Shown one piece after another: positions 8,688 through 19,259 of a DNA stretch of 64,000 nt. The position numbers and the translations under genes were made by a program. The DNA comes from Nitrospirota bacterium (lineage in GTDB: Bacteria; Nitrospirota; Thermodesulfovibrionia; Thermodesulfovibrionales; JdFR-86). The stretch lies in assembly GCA_016207905.1 (NCBI GenBank), contig JACQZC010000045.1, positions 3,614 to 67,613 on the forward strand. The letters are read 5' to 3'. Under the pieces are notes generated by a model that saw nothing but the letters and a program-made list of their open reading frames with translations, was not told where the DNA came from and searched no databases. Every line of letters begins with the position of its first letter. Position 1 is the first letter of the stretch.

Positions 8688-9378
8688 ACTTAAGGATATC
8701 CATACATTTTATGGACCAATAGAGGCATTAAAGGGCATCAGCCTTGAGGTTGGAAAGGGGCAAATCGTCTGCCTCCTTGGAGGGAATGGCGCAGGGAAAT
8801 CCACAGCCCTTATGACAATCTCAGGGGTTCTTAAGCCAAAGGCAGGCGAGATTTATTTTGACGAAGCCCCAATACATAAACTTCCTCCACATGAGATAGT
8901 GCAGATGGGAATAAGCCATGTGCCAGAAGGAAGGAGAATATTCCCCGGTCTTACTGTAAGGGAAAACCTTGAGATGGGTGCTTACTCTTTAAAGCCAAAG
9001 AAAAGCGAATTCACGAGGGTCTTTGAGCTCTTCCCTTTGCTTAAGGAAAGGCAGAAACAATATGGAGGCACCCTTTCAGGCGGTGAACAGCAGATGCTTG
9101 CCATAGGAAGGGCACTTATGTCAGGGCCAAGGCTTCTTCTGATGGATGAGCCGAGCCTTGGTCTTTCCCCTATACTTGTAACCCTGATATTTAAGACGAT
9201 AAAGGAGATAAACAGTCAGGGGGTTACAGTTCTCCTTGTTGAGCAGAATGCAATGTCTGCTCTAAGACTCTCTGAAAAAGGCTATGTGCTGGAAGGTGGA
9301 AAGGTCGCACTCACAGGCAGAGGCGAGGAGCTAATTGAAAACGAAGAGGTAAAAAAGGCTTATTTGGGTAATAGATGA
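8680..9378 (+). CDS. livF: branched-chain amino acid ABC transporter ATP-binding protein
   Basis: Walker A GGNGAGKST, signature LSGGEQQMLAIGRAL, Walker B LLLMDEPS. Confidence 0.9.
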   Translation: MLRLKDIHTFYGPIEALKGISLEVGKGQIVCLLGGNGAGKSTALMTISGVLKPKAGEIYFDEAPIHKLPPHEIVQMGISHVPEGRRIFPGLTVRENLEMGAYSLKPKKSEFTRVFELFPLLKERQKQYGGTLSGGEQQMLAIGRALMSGPRLLLMDEPSLGLSPILVTLIFKTIKEINSQGVTVLLVEQNAMSALRLSEKGYVLEGGKVALTGRGEELIENEEVKKAYLGNR

Positions 9379-9394
9379 GGAGAAAGGAGTCTAT

Positions 9395-9583
9395 ATGTGC
9401 GAGTTGAATGCATATGTTTACGAAGAAGGCATTGAAAAGCTTTTCTTGGACAATGTGGAAACAGTCAGGCTCGAAGGGGAAAATGTCCTCCTAAGAAACC
9501 TCTTTGGCGAGGAAAAGGTCTTTGATGGAGTGCTTGAGGAGCTATCCCTTTCAAGACATAAGATTATCTTAAGAAAAAAATAG
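9395..9583 (+). CDS. cooT: CooT-family nickel-binding protein
   Basis: 62 aa starting MCELNAYV...LLRNLFGEEKVFDG...HKIIL. This matches the CooT family (PF10133) pattern, with an N-terminal Cys2. Confidence 0.8.
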   Translation: MCELNAYVYEEGIEKLFLDNVETVRLEGENVLLRNLFGEEKVFDGVLEELSLSRHKIILRKK

Positions 9584-10359
9584 TGTCTGAATGGCGGATT
9601 ATCGATTCAGGAGATGGAGATGCCTTCTATAACATGGCATTGGATGAGGCAATCTCTGCCTCTGTAAGGAAAGGTAATGCACCTCCTACACTCAGGTTTT
9701 ATGGCTGGGCGAAACCTTCTTTAAGCATAGGATGTTTTCAGGGCACAAAAGACATCGACTCGGATTACTGCAAAGAAAAAGACATCCCAATCGTAAGAAG
9801 ACCAACAGGAGGAAGGGCAATACTTCATGACAAGGAGCTTACATACAGCTTTTCTTCAAGGTCAGTCGGAGTGTTTTCAGATGGACTCAGGGATACATAT
9901 AAGAAAATAAGCTCTGCATTGTCAATTGCCATGGAAAGGCTTGGAATCCAATCGGAGATGCAAGATTCTTTCTCAGGCTCCTATGCGAGAAGTCCTCTTT
10001 GTTTTCAATCAAGCTCATACGGAGAGCTATCCTTTAATGGAAGAAAGCTCATTGGCTCTGCCCAGAGAAGATGGAACGATGGTTTTCTTCAGCAAGGCTC
10101 TATCCCATATAGAATAGATTATGCCAAGATAAAGCGTATATTCCCTAACACTACACTGCACAGAAGACAAGAAATACCTCTCATCCAGTTATACAAGCCC
10201 GACAATGTAACTACCCTTAAGGATGCCATAAGGGAATCCTTTGAGATGCTCTTCGATGTAAAATTTATAAGGTCTAATCCTATTCAGAAAGAGGAGGTAT
10301 CTGCTCAGGAACTTCTTTCGGAGAAGTATCTTGTCCATGAATGGAACTATCAGAGATAG
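9583..10359 (+). CDS. lipoate-protein ligase / octanoyltransferase family protein (BPL/LPL catalytic domain, LipM/LplA-like)
   Basis: 258 aa containing ...YNMALDEAI...PTLRFYGW..PSLSIG.FQ...VRRPTGGRAILHD.ELTYS...GRKLIGSAQRR..., which are LplA/LipM-family hallmarks. GTG start. Confidence 0.75.
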   Translation: MSEWRIIDSGDGDAFYNMALDEAISASVRKGNAPPTLRFYGWAKPSLSIGCFQGTKDIDSDYCKEKDIPIVRRPTGGRAILHDKELTYSFSSRSVGVFSDGLRDTYKKISSALSIAMERLGIQSEMQDSFSGSYARSPLCFQSSSYGELSFNGRKLIGSAQRRWNDGFLQQGSIPYRIDYAKIKRIFPNTTLHRRQEIPLIQLYKPDNVTTLKDAIRESFEMLFDVKFIRSNPIQKEEVSAQELLSEKYLVHEWNYQR

Positions 10360-11281
10360 AGAAATAAAATACGCATACAACTCCTAAAACCACAAGGTTC
10401 AGATAATCCTGTAGCAGAGATAGAAAAACCCGATAAGGCAGTGTCAGGATAGTGCTGACATTGGGTATAAACTTCAATGACATGCCTATGAGGAAAAACA
10501 AAAGGTTTATTAATATATAGCCTGAAAACATTATTGCATAAAACCCAAATGCAGAGGGTCGTTCCTTGAAAAACCTCCATGATGCCTTGAAAGACTGAAT
10601 TGGCATTAGGGAGTTAATCGCAATCATGGCAGAGCCCTGAAAAGTCATAGCCACCGAAGCAAGTACAAGAGCTAAGCCTAAAATTCCTGTCAGGACTGCA
10701 AAAAACACCCTTAAAAAATATCCTACATCGGTTTCATAAAACTTAAAGATAGATAAAATGGCAGTTATACCGCCTCCTATTATTCCCATTACAAATAGCC
10801 CAGCTATGAAGAGCGCACTAATTATTGCTGTATAGCCCAGAAGTGGAAAGAATAGCCTTCTTCCTTGCTTGAGAAACTCGGAAAGTTTAAACTCCGTCTG
10901 AGGTGTTTTCAATGCCCTAAACATTATGCCGATAGAGCCACCAAAAACATATATCCATACCGAAAATGCAAAGAGTAGATAAATAACTATTGCAATCAGT
11001 ATTGCAAGACCAATGCCGAGATACCTCCTGATAAGCTCAACCGGGTTTTCGAGAGTTCTCAGAAACTCCCTGAGCCCTGTAAGGTCTGAAATATCAAGTC
11101 CTAATGCAGAGATAGCCGCAAAGATTGGTATTCCGACAATGACAAAAAATACTATACAGTTAACCACTGACATTACGACCCGAATGACAATGAGTTGCCA
11201 GTTTCTGTGAATCAGCCTGATGCCTTCTCTTATGTATCCTTTATAGGTCATGGAGAGCATTCGTATTTTAGCAGTTTTCAT
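10280..11281 (-). CDS. polytopic membrane protein of unknown function
   Basis: A 333-aa ORF with about 6-7 hydrophobic helices. I recognise no family. Its 3' end overlaps the convergent lipoate-ligase gene by 80 nt. Confidence 0.6.
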   Translation of the reverse strand: MKTAKIRMLSMTYKGYIREGIRLIHRNWQLIVIRVVMSVVNCIVFFVIVGIPIFAAISALGLDISDLTGLREFLRTLENPVELIRRYLGIGLAILIAIVIYLLFAFSVWIYVFGGSIGIMFRALKTPQTEFKLSEFLKQGRRLFFPLLGYTAIISALFIAGLFVMGIIGGGITAILSIFKFYETDVGYFLRVFFAVLTGILGLALVLASVAMTFQGSAMIAINSLMPIQSFKASWRFFKERPSAFGFYAIMFSGYILINLLFFLIGMSLKFIPNVSTILTLPYRVFLSLLQDYLNLVVLGVVCVFYFSISDSSIHGQDTSPKEVPEQIPPLSE

Positions 11282-11409
11282 CTGCCTTTGCTATCTTTGA
11301 CCATGCTGAAATTTTGGGTGTAGGGGCAAAGCCCCTATAACTTAAATTTTGGGCAAGTGGCTGGGATAAAACAGGATATGTTATATTGAAATAGGAGGTA
11401 TCTGAGGGC

Positions 11410-13122
11410 TTGAAAAGCAATATACTTCTCGTGGTATCTGCAATCTTGATTATATCCATAATCATCACCCTTAACATCTTCTTTCAAGACAATTATCAGG
11501 CCGAGATGGCAGGACAGTTCAACAAGCAACAGACCTTGCTTGCAGAGACCATTGCCAAAAACATTGCCGACACCATAAATCGGCTTAAAGACCAGACCTC
11601 TGCTATTGCCCTGCTCATAGGAGACAGACATATTTCCGATGATTCTATAGGAAAAACAATATCTGTAATTAAAGAAGACCTCGGAACCGAATTTAGGGTT
11701 TTTGATGAATTGCTCATCTTAAGATACAGTAGCGCCTCTACTTCGGTTTCTCCTTCTGAGTATCAGGCATTGAAGGACTCAAAGAGGAAAACCATAGGGG
11801 TCATGCTTATAGAGGACATTAAAGAAGGAAAACTTAAATTCGTTTCGTCGATAAATCGAGGTGGTAGATGGTCAGGTGCGCTCATGCTCGATGTTGACAT
11901 AGACTCTATCAATAAAAAATTCGTGACTCCAATAACATCTGGCTCAAAGGGTTATGCATGGATGATGGACAGTAGTGGCACCCTTCTTTATCATCCGACA
12001 CAGCCTGAGATGCAGGGCAAAAACCTCTACAAGGCAGATGCATCGTGTTTTGAATGTCATAAGTCATTTGAGGCTGAAAAAAGGATTCTCGAAAGCAGTG
12101 CCTCTGGTGTTCAGAGCTATATAGCGCCCTTTGGAGAGGACAAGATTCTTGCGTTTTCAAGAGTAAACATCTCCCCTGAGTCCTTCTGGATAGCATGCGT
12201 CTCCATACCTTATTCAGAGGTTACGCAAAGCATAAGGCATAGCATGAGACTTCATTCTATATTGATACTCGCCATATTCGGTGCAACTGCAATAGGCGCA
12301 TCTGCAATCGTAGTGATTAATAGAAAAAGAATCAAGGCAGAGGAAAGGGCAAGGCAGGAGGTAGAGCTCGAGAGATATGCAAAGGAGCTCGAAGAGACCC
12401 TGAACAAAAAGACGATAGAACTTATAAGGGAAAGGGAAAAGGTTGCACATGCCGAAAAGTTAGCCTCCATAGGCAGACTTACAGCAGGCATTGCCCATGA
12501 AATCGGAAACCCCCTAACATCTGTGTTCTCGTTCCTTCAAATCCTTAGGGAAAAAGAAACCGAGGATTTCAAAAAGGAAAGCCTCGACACAGTCCTTTTC
12601 CACATAAACAGGATTGCAGATATAGTAAGACAGCTTTCAGGCTTAACGAAATCACCCATCTCAGAATTCAAAGAAGTATCTCTAAACGAGCTTATCACTT
12701 CCTCTTTGCATCTTATGCAGTATGACAAAAGGGCAAAGAGCATCACTACCATAAAAGAGCTTTCCCCCTCTCTGCCAGCCATCGTTACAGATGCAAACCA
12801 GCTCTCTCAGGTCTTTGTAAACCTCATTCTGAATGCAGTGGATGCAATGCCTCGAGGTGGAACGCTTACAATAAGAAGCAGGTCGGAAAACGACAATATT
12901 ATAGTGGAGTTTCAAGACACAGGCACAGGCATATTAGAGGAAAACCTCGAGAAGGTCTTTGACCCATTCTTTACGACAAAGGACAAAGGAACAGGTCTTG
13001 GTCTTTCGATAAGCTATGGTATCATAAAAAGGCTCGGTGGAGACATATCAGTGGAAAGCCACATGGGAAAAGGCACAAGGTTTATCATAACCATACCGGA
13101 GAGGGCATATGGAGAAAACTAA
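11410..13122 (+). CDS. sensor histidine kinase with a periplasmic Cache-like domain carrying a CxxCH motif
   Basis: Contains an N-terminal TM segment, the Cache-like stretch [21 protein letters not shown] at 12046-12060, a second TM segment, the HisKA H-box [11 protein letters not shown], and an HATPase_c domain (DTGTGI, GTGLGLS). TTG start. Confidence 0.85.
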   Translation: MKSNILLVVSAILIISIIITLNIFFQDNYQAEMAGQFNKQQTLLAETIAKNIADTINRLKDQTSAIALLIGDRHISDDSIGKTISVIKEDLGTEFRVFDELLILRYSSASTSVSPSEYQALKDSKRKTIGVMLIEDIKEGKLKFVSSINRGGRWSGALMLDVDIDSINKKFVTPITSGSKGYAWMMDSSGTLLYHPTQPEMQGKNLYKADASCFECHKSFEAEKRILESSASGVQSYIAPFGEDKILAFSRVNISPESFWIACVSIPYSEVTQSIRHSMRLHSILILAIFGATAIGASAIVVINRKRIKAEERARQEVELERYAKELEETLNKKTIELIREREKVAHAEKLASIGRLTAGIAHEIGNPLTSVFSFLQILREKETEDFKKESLDTVLFHINRIADIVRQLSGLTKSPISEFKEVSLNELITSSLHLMQYDKRAKSITTIKELSPSLPAIVTDANQLSQVFVNLILNAVDAMPRGGTLTIRSRSENDNIIVEFQDTGTGILEENLEKVFDPFFTTKDKGTGLGLSISYGIIKRLGGDISVESHMGKGTRFIITIPERAYGEN

Positions 13123-14455
13123 AATCCTCATCGTAGATGACGAAAAAGACATCCTGAGGGCACTTGAGTTTCTTCTTTCAGGAGAAGGATACTCTGTAAC
13201 AAAGGCACTAAGCGGCGAGGAGGCAGTTGAGCAGATTAAGAAAACAGACTTTGACATCGTGCTTACTGACCTGAAGATGGAAAAGATGGATGGCATACAG
13301 GTCCTTGAGGAGGCTAAAAGGATAAACCCGGAGACTACCGTCATACTGATGACTGCATATGCCTCCGTAGAGTCGGCAGTGGATGCAATGAAAAAGGGTG
13401 CATCGGAATACATAGTAAAGCCATTTATAAACGAGGAGATTCGGCTCACCATAAAAAGGCAGCTAGAGCAGATGACACTAAAGAGAGAAAACATAGCCCT
13501 GAGACAGGAATTGAGCCAGAGAAGAGGAAGGTGCAGGGAGTTTATCTTCAGCAGTGAGTCCATGCAAAAGGTATTTGACCTCCTCGAAAAAGTCATACCT
13601 ACAAAGAGCAATGTCTTACTCCTCGGTGAGTCAGGCACAGGCAAAGGCCTTATTGCAGAAATCATTCACTGCTCGAGCCAAAGAGGAGATAAGCCTTTTA
13701 TAACTATCAACTGCTCTGCCATTCCAGAGAACCTTCTTGAGTCAGAGCTTTTCGGCTACAAAAAAGGAGCATTCACAGGTGCGGTCTCGGACAAGAAAGG
13801 TCTTATACAAATGGCAGACGAAGGCACCCTGTTTTTAGACGAGATAGGGGATATGCCCCTTTCTCTTCAGGCAAAACTTCTAAAAGTGCTTGACTCAGGC
13901 GAGGCCACACCACTTGGGGACACAAAGCCAAGACACTCTGACATAAGGCTTATCTCTGCAACAAACCATGATATAGAAAAACTGGCTAAGGAAGGTAGAT
14001 TCAGGGAAGACCTATTCTACAGAATCAATGTCGTTGAGATAAAACTGCCTCCTCTTAGAGAAAGGAAAGAAGACATTCCGCTTCTTGCGGATATGTTCGT
14101 CAAAAGATTCGCATCGGAAAACCATAAAAACATAAAGGCAATAGAGGAGACCGTTTTAGATGTCCTGTTAGATTACCCATGGCATGGAAATGTGAGGGAG
14201 CTTGCAAATGTCATTGAAAGGGCAGTGGTCATAACAAAGGCAAACACTATTGGCATACAAGACCTGCCTGAAAAACTGACATACAAGACAAAGGAAGAGT
14301 CCTCTTTACTTCGGGAAAAAATAAATGAGTACGAAAAACAGGTAATCCTCCATGCCTACGAGACAAACAGACACAACAAGGAGGCAACTGCCTCTTCCTT
14401 AGGGATTGACCTTGCAACACTTTATAGAAAGATGAAGAAGCTAAGCATAGAGTAA
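13109..14455 (+). CDS. sigma54-dependent response regulator (NtrC/AtoC family: REC + AAA+ + Fis-type HTH)
   Basis: REC domain (ILIVDDE, TDLKM), AAA+ Walker A GESGTGKG, the GAFTGA sigma54-contact motif, and a C-terminal HTH. It overlaps the kinase gene by 14 nt. Confidence 0.9.
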   Translation: MEKTKILIVDDEKDILRALEFLLSGEGYSVTKALSGEEAVEQIKKTDFDIVLTDLKMEKMDGIQVLEEAKRINPETTVILMTAYASVESAVDAMKKGASEYIVKPFINEEIRLTIKRQLEQMTLKRENIALRQELSQRRGRCREFIFSSESMQKVFDLLEKVIPTKSNVLLLGESGTGKGLIAEIIHCSSQRGDKPFITINCSAIPENLLESELFGYKKGAFTGAVSDKKGLIQMADEGTLFLDEIGDMPLSLQAKLLKVLDSGEATPLGDTKPRHSDIRLISATNHDIEKLAKEGRFREDLFYRINVVEIKLPPLRERKEDIPLLADMFVKRFASENHKNIKAIEETVLDVLLDYPWHGNVRELANVIERAVVITKANTIGIQDLPEKLTYKTKEESSLLREKINEYEKQVILHAYETNRHNKEATASSLGIDLATLYRKMKKLSIE

Positions 14456-14462
14456 TAATTGG

Positions 14463-15062
14463 TTAGGAAACCATGGCAAGCACACTCATCATTGCCACCG
14501 ACCATATGATATCCAAAGGAAGATGAATCTCTATCGTGGAATCGAAAAGCAGTGTGGACCTTGAAGGAAATTCATCGTCTTTTATCCAGAGAAGCAGTGT
14601 AACAGGCACATTGGGAAGTGGGAGAAGCTCTATGGAGGCATCAGCCATGTTTATCGCCCTTCCGCCTAATTCCATGCCTCTTTCGATAAATGCCTGCTTT
14701 TTGGTTTCATAATTTTTAGTTAGAGTTTCAAGCGGGATATGGTGAGTGCCCCTAAAAAAGTGCTGTCCTCCTTTTAGATTCTCGGGCTTTACGAGCCTCC
14801 CTGAAACAGGGATATCTTTTGAATTTATGAGATACCATAGAAAGGAATGGCTTATGAAATATCCAAGCCCATTAAGAAGTCTCTCTCCATGCCCCTCAAT
14901 CGGTCTTATCTCCTCCTTCTTAGGGTTTATGGAAAACTCCATGCCAAATGATTTTAGTATGTAAAAAGACCCTGTCTTATTGTAAGAGGCACCTGCCCTT
15001 TTGCAGACATCATCGGGATTAAGCTCAGAAAGCATTCTCCATGCCTTTTCATGTCCTGTCAT
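14463..15062 (-). CDS. DUF3786-like protein
   Basis: A 199-aa ORF. The N-terminal segment AWRMLSELNPDDVCKRAGASY and the overall pattern match my recollection of DUF3786. No search was run. Confidence 0.5.
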   Translation of the reverse strand: MTGHEKAWRMLSELNPDDVCKRAGASYNKTGSFYILKSFGMEFSINPKKEEIRPIEGHGERLLNGLGYFISHSFLWYLINSKDIPVSGRLVKPENLKGGQHFFRGTHHIPLETLTKNYETKKQAFIERGMELGGRAINMADASIELLPLPNVPVTLLLWIKDDEFPSRSTLLFDSTIEIHLPLDIIWSVAMMSVLAMVS

Positions 15063-15100
15063 GGCTTATGATAACACAGGTTCTTAGAGGGGAGGAGGGA

Positions 15101-15130
15101 GGGGCCTCCGGGGGAAGAGGCCCCGTTTTG
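15101..15130. terminator. GC-rich hairpin between the ftsZ 3' end and the DUF3786 gene start
   Basis: GGGGCCTC-cgggggaa-GAGGCCCC (15101-15124) is followed by GTTTTG on the + strand. On the minus strand, where it is downstream of ftsZ, the trailing tract is C/T-rich rather than a clean U-run, so the functional orientation is uncertain. Confidence 0.35.
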
Positions 15131-15141
15131 GGGGGAGAAAC

Positions 15142-16299
15142 CTATAATTCCATTTGCCGATGCGTTTTTCTAAGGAAGGTCGGCACATCGAGAGGCTCTT
15201 CAAATGGCATCGAATCAACTGGCATCTCTATGGGGAAATCAGTTAGTGTTTTAGCCAGAACCCTATCTGAGCCCTTGAGATTGATATTAGGGACAGTCCA
15301 TTTCCTTGCCTCTAACTCAGGCTTCTTTTTCTCGCCCTCTGAGTCAAAGCCAGCTGCAATAATAGTGACCCTTATCTCATCTCGAATGTCCGGGTCAATG
15401 ACTGCACCGAATATGATATTTGCCTCCTTGTCTGCTGAGTCATATATGATGGAAGCGGCCTCCTCTGCGTCACCGAGTGTAAGGTCAAGCCCTCCAGTTA
15501 CATTTATGAGGATTCTCTTAGCTCCCTCGATGGATGAGCTTTCGAGCAGGGGGTTTGAAATGGCTTTCTTTGAGGCTTCCCGTGCCCTGCCCTCGCCCTT
15601 TCCTATGCCCATGCCCATAACAGACCTGCCTCCTTTATCCATAATCGTCTTTACATCCGCAAAATCCACATTTATGAGTCCAGTGACGACTATCAGGTCT
15701 GCTATGCCCTGAACTGCATATTTGAGGACATTGTTTGCTATGGAGAAAGATTCAAGAAGGGGTGTGCCCATTTCCACAACAAGCCTTATCCTATCGTTTG
15801 GGATAACGATGAGGGTATCCACATTCTTTGCAAGCTCCTTAATACCTTCTTCTGCATTGAGCATCCTCTGTCTGCCTTCGTAGAAAAACGGCTTAGTGAC
15901 AACTCCTACTACGAGGGCACCAAGCTCTCTCGCAATGCCTGCTACAACAGGAGATGCTCCTGTGCCTGTGCCGCCACCCATGCCTGCTGTAACGAAGACC
16001 ATGTCTGCGCCCTCGAGTGCCTCGGCAATCTGAAGTCTGTCTTCGATTGCAGACTGCCTGCCGATTTCTGGCTTTGAGCCTGCACCCAGCCCTCTCGTCA
16101 CAGAAACACCTATCTGCACCTTCTGTGTGGCAAGAGATGTCTCAAGCACCTGTGCATCGGTATTGATTGCTATCAAATCCACTGCGCTTATATTGGAGGC
16201 AATCATGTTATTGACGACATTACCTCCTCCGCCTCCAACACCCACAACCTTGATATTTGCCTTTTTGCCTCTAACATCCTCTAACTCAAACATAAACAC
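15142..16299 (-). CDS. ftsZ: cell division GTPase FtsZ
   Basis: GVGGGGGN, the tubulin signature GGGTGTGA, and a C-terminal conserved peptide (DVPTFLRK). Confidence 0.97.
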   Translation of the reverse strand: MFMFELEDVRGKKANIKVVGVGGGGGNVVNNMIASNISAVDLIAINTDAQVLETSLATQKVQIGVSVTRGLGAGSKPEIGRQSAIEDRLQIAEALEGADMVFVTAGMGGGTGTGASPVVAGIARELGALVVGVVTKPFFYEGRQRMLNAEEGIKELAKNVDTLIVIPNDRIRLVVEMGTPLLESFSIANNVLKYAVQGIADLIVVTGLINVDFADVKTIMDKGGRSVMGMGIGKGEGRAREASKKAISNPLLESSSIEGAKRILINVTGGLDLTLGDAEEAASIIYDSADKEANIIFGAVIDPDIRDEIRVTIIAAGFDSEGEKKKPELEARKWTVPNINLKGSDRVLAKTLTDFPIEMPVDSMPFEEPLDVPTFLRKTHRQMEL

Positions 16300-16306
16300 C
16301 TCCTCC

Positions 16307-17584
16307 TTAAAAAATTTTACTTGTCAACACCTTTAAAGATTCTTTTATTCCAAACATATCCCAGCCCCTCCAGATGCCTGATACCCTGTGGATCAGGCTC
16401 TCATGGATAGATGTCTTTGACTCCATGTCGATGCCATAAAGCATAAGTCCAATGGCAGTGGAATACATAGGAGAGGCAACACCCGCAGAATTGGCAGAGG
16501 GCATATTTACATCTGGCGCCGCAGAGCCCCTTACAGCAAGCCCTACGATTGCCTCTGCAACCCTGTCTATACCCGGAAGAAGGGAGGTCCCGCCTGTCAA
16601 CACCGAGGAGTAAAGCATATGCTCTTTAGCCTGATGCCTGCCAGTGTCATCTGAATTTAGCGCCTCTCCTATTTCGGTCTTTATTAACGAAAACAGCTCT
16701 TCGCATCTGGGCTTTATAATCTCAGCTATATATTTTCTTGGGAGGTTTTTCCTTTGCTCTCCATTCATCCCAAATATCTCCATCTCATCTCTAAAAAGCT
16801 CTACCAATGCAGTGCCATATGTCTTTTTCAGCCTTTCTGCTTCTTTCTGCGAGACCCTCAAGCCAATGGCAATATCATTCGTAATGTGGTTTCCTCCGAT
16901 AGGTATAACCGATGTATGCCTCAGCCTTTTGTCTTTGTAAATCGCAATGTCCGTTGTTCCACCGCCCATGTCTATAAGGGCAACCCCTGATTGCATCTCC
17001 TCTTCTTTAAGGACAGCCATTGAAGATGCGATTGGCTCAAGCACGATATCCACAGGTCTTATGCCTGCTTTCTCACAGCACTTCATGAGGTTTTCGATTA
17101 TCGGCAGGGATGTCGTAACTATGCTAACCTTTGCCTCGAGCCTCACCCCTGACATCGAAACCGGCTGAACGATTCCCTCCTGACCATCTATGATGAAATC
17201 CGAAGGCAGGATATGAAGGACCTCTCTGTCCAAAGGCACATACACAGAAGCCGCAGAATCGATAACCTTCTGCACATCCTGCCTTGTCACTTCATTACCC
17301 TTTATGCCAACTGCACCGTAACTTTCGATACACTTTATATGACTGCCTGCAATCCCCACATATGCAGTCCTGATACTCAAACCCGAAGAGGACTCTGCCT
17401 CACTGACTGCCTTCTTTATAGAGTCCACCGTGGCATTGATATCCACCACAACACCCTTTCGGATGCCTCCTGATGGAGAAAGCCCCAGTCCGATTATCTC
17501 TGTTTGTCCGGATAAGACCCTACCTGCCACTACGCAGACCTTTGTTGTGCCTATGTCAAGACCAACTATGTATTTGCCTTTCAC
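16307..17584 (-). CDS. ftsA: cell division protein FtsA
   Basis: Actin-like ATPase motifs (VGLDIGTTKVCV, DMGGGTTDIA). It sits between ftsQ and ftsZ. Confidence 0.95.
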   Translation of the reverse strand: MKGKYIVGLDIGTTKVCVVAGRVLSGQTEIIGLGLSPSGGIRKGVVVDINATVDSIKKAVSEAESSSGLSIRTAYVGIAGSHIKCIESYGAVGIKGNEVTRQDVQKVIDSAASVYVPLDREVLHILPSDFIIDGQEGIVQPVSMSGVRLEAKVSIVTTSLPIIENLMKCCEKAGIRPVDIVLEPIASSMAVLKEEEMQSGVALIDMGGGTTDIAIYKDKRLRHTSVIPIGGNHITNDIAIGLRVSQKEAERLKKTYGTALVELFRDEMEIFGMNGEQRKNLPRKYIAEIIKPRCEELFSLIKTEIGEALNSDDTGRHQAKEHMLYSSVLTGGTSLLPGIDRVAEAIVGLAVRGSAAPDVNMPSANSAGVASPMYSTAIGLMLYGIDMESKTSIHESLIHRVSGIWRGWDMFGIKESLKVLTSKIF

Positions 17585-18339
17585 TCGATAACCTCTTTCA
17601 AAGGCTTAACCACAACCCTGTTTGCAAACCTAAGGTCTATGTAGGCAACGGTTTCCCATCTTTTCTTAATCTCGGATTCAAGCTCAAGAAACCTCGTCAG
17701 TTTTTCGTCATACTGACCATCGCCTATCCTGACGACTGTGCCGTCAAGCTCCATCACAAGGTTGTCCTTCATAGAGTCAACACCTGTTATCTTTAACTGT
17801 TTGCCGGACATGCCGATATCTGCAACTGCCTTTATAAGGGACACTGCCTCAGAAAATGTAGATGGGTTAATGCTACCTGTGTGAGAGATGACAGGCAGAA
17901 ACTGGGCAGACTCTCCCTTAAGCTTATCGAGCTTTCTCCCTTCCTCATCTATAATGAAAACCTTATCTCCTGTCTCAAGAAGTGCAAATGGCTCTGCCTC
18001 TATGATTTTTATAATCAGCCTGTGGGGATATTGTTTCCTTATCTTTACCGACTTTATCCATGGAGACCTCAAGAGTCTCCCTGCAAGCACATTGCACTCT
18101 ATATGCATAAGGTCCTCATTGCCCCTGAGACCCATAAGCCCCTTCATCTCTTCTTCGGAAAGATGTTTATTGCCGTAAAAGACAACCTCTTTAATTGGGA
18201 AAAACGACTGCCTATATAAAAGAAATGTGCCTACTATCAGGATGCACGATGCAGTAAGGAGACAGGATAACCTCAGTCTCAATCTCCTTCTCTGGCTGTT
18301 ACGCCTTATGCTCATCCTCATGTTACTGGAGCGTCTCAT
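17581..18339 (-). CDS. ftsQ: cell division protein FtsQ (POTRA domain)
   Basis: 252 aa with a basic N-terminus, one TM segment, and POTRA/FtsQ-type sequence. The position between ddl and ftsA is conserved. Confidence 0.8.
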   Translation of the reverse strand: MRRSSNMRMSIRRNSQRRRLRLRLSCLLTASCILIVGTFLLYRQSFFPIKEVVFYGNKHLSEEEMKGLMGLRGNEDLMHIECNVLAGRLLRSPWIKSVKIRKQYPHRLIIKIIEAEPFALLETGDKVFIIDEEGRKLDKLKGESAQFLPVISHTGSINPSTFSEAVSLIKAVADIGMSGKQLKITGVDSMKDNLVMELDGTVVRIGDGQYDEKLTRFLELESEIKKRWETVAYIDLRFANRVVVKPLKEVIE

Positions 18340-19259
18340 CTTTTCACCTTTGATTTCTCTATAGCAGACCTCAGAATCTCCTCAACGAGCATGGGAAACG
18401 AAAGACCCCTATGGCTTGCAATCTTTGGGAGAAGACTTGTCTCTGTCATTCCGGGGATTGTGTTTACCTCAAGGACATAGGGCTTCCCAGCTCTGTCAAG
18501 CCTGAGGTCAACCCTCGTTGCGCCTTCTGAGCCCAATGCCTGATGTGCAGAAAGTGCAGTGTCCTTTGCCTTCTCGTATGAGGCATCGTCGATCTCAGGC
18601 GGGATGATATACTCTGTCATGCCTTCTGTGTATTTTGCCTCATAGCTATAAAACTCAACTAATGGTCTTACCTCAACTCCGCCAAGAACAATGTTATTCA
18701 GGATGCCTATATGAATCTCTTTTCCATCTATATATTCTTCTGCTATAGCCACACCATTAAACGAAAGTGCTGTTTCAACTGCCTCCCTGAGCTTAGTCTC
18801 ATCCCTGACAATGCTAACTCCAACACTCGAACCTTCTTTCTGAGGTTTTACGACGATTGGCAGAGGTATCTCCGGGATTTTAAATGAGGTCAGTTTCTCG
18901 AATTTAGGAACTGCGAGTCCTTCCGAGATAAACATCACCTTCGATGAAAGTTTGTCCATTGCTAACGAAGAGGCTAAGACACCTGAGCCTGTATAGGGGA
19001 TTTCCATAACCTCAAGGAGTCCCTGAATACAGCCATCCTCTCCAAAGCCTCCATGAAGGGCAAGAAAGGCAATCTCGATTTTTTCTCTTCCGAGAACTTT
19101 ACAGATATCCCTTCCAACATCTATGGCAGATACATCATAGCCCAGATTCCTCAGGGCATTAAAGATGGCTTTGCCGCTTCTAAGAGACACCTCTCTTTCT
19201 GCCGAGATGCCTCCCATAAGAACGCCTATTCGTTTTTTAGTCAGCAGTTTCCCCTCCAA
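18336..19259 (-). CDS. ddl: D-alanine--D-alanine ligase
   Basis: 307 aa with typical Ddl sequence (GGISAEREVSL.SG, HGGFGEDG.IQG, an ATP-grasp C-terminus ending EVNTIPGMT). Confidence 0.95.
   Translation of the reverse strand: MEGKLLTKKRIGVLMGGISAEREVSLRSGKAIFNALRNLGYDVSAIDVGRDICKVLGREKIEIAFLALHGGFGEDGCIQGLLEVMEIPYTGSGVLASSLAMDKLSSKVMFISEGLAVPKFEKLTSFKIPEIPLPIVVKPQKEGSSVGVSIVRDETKLREAVETALSFNGVAIAEEYIDGKEIHIGILNNIVLGGVEVRPLVEFYSYEAKYTEGMTEYIIPPEIDDASYEKAKDTALSAHQALGSEGATRVDLRLDRAGKPYVLEVNTIPGMTETSLLPKIASHRGLSFPMLVEEILRSAIEKSKVKR

Noticed and set aside
13048-13665. 205-aa minus-strand ORF
   Set aside because: It is antisense to the kinase 3' end and the response-regulator receiver domain. It is Ser/Phe/Leu-rich with no family resemblance.
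15041-15712. 223-aa + strand ORF
   Set aside because: It is antisense to ftsZ. The Ser/Ala/Pro/Gly-rich composition is typical of the reverse frame of a GC-biased, highly conserved gene. It also overlaps the GC-rich hairpin and the DUF3786 start.
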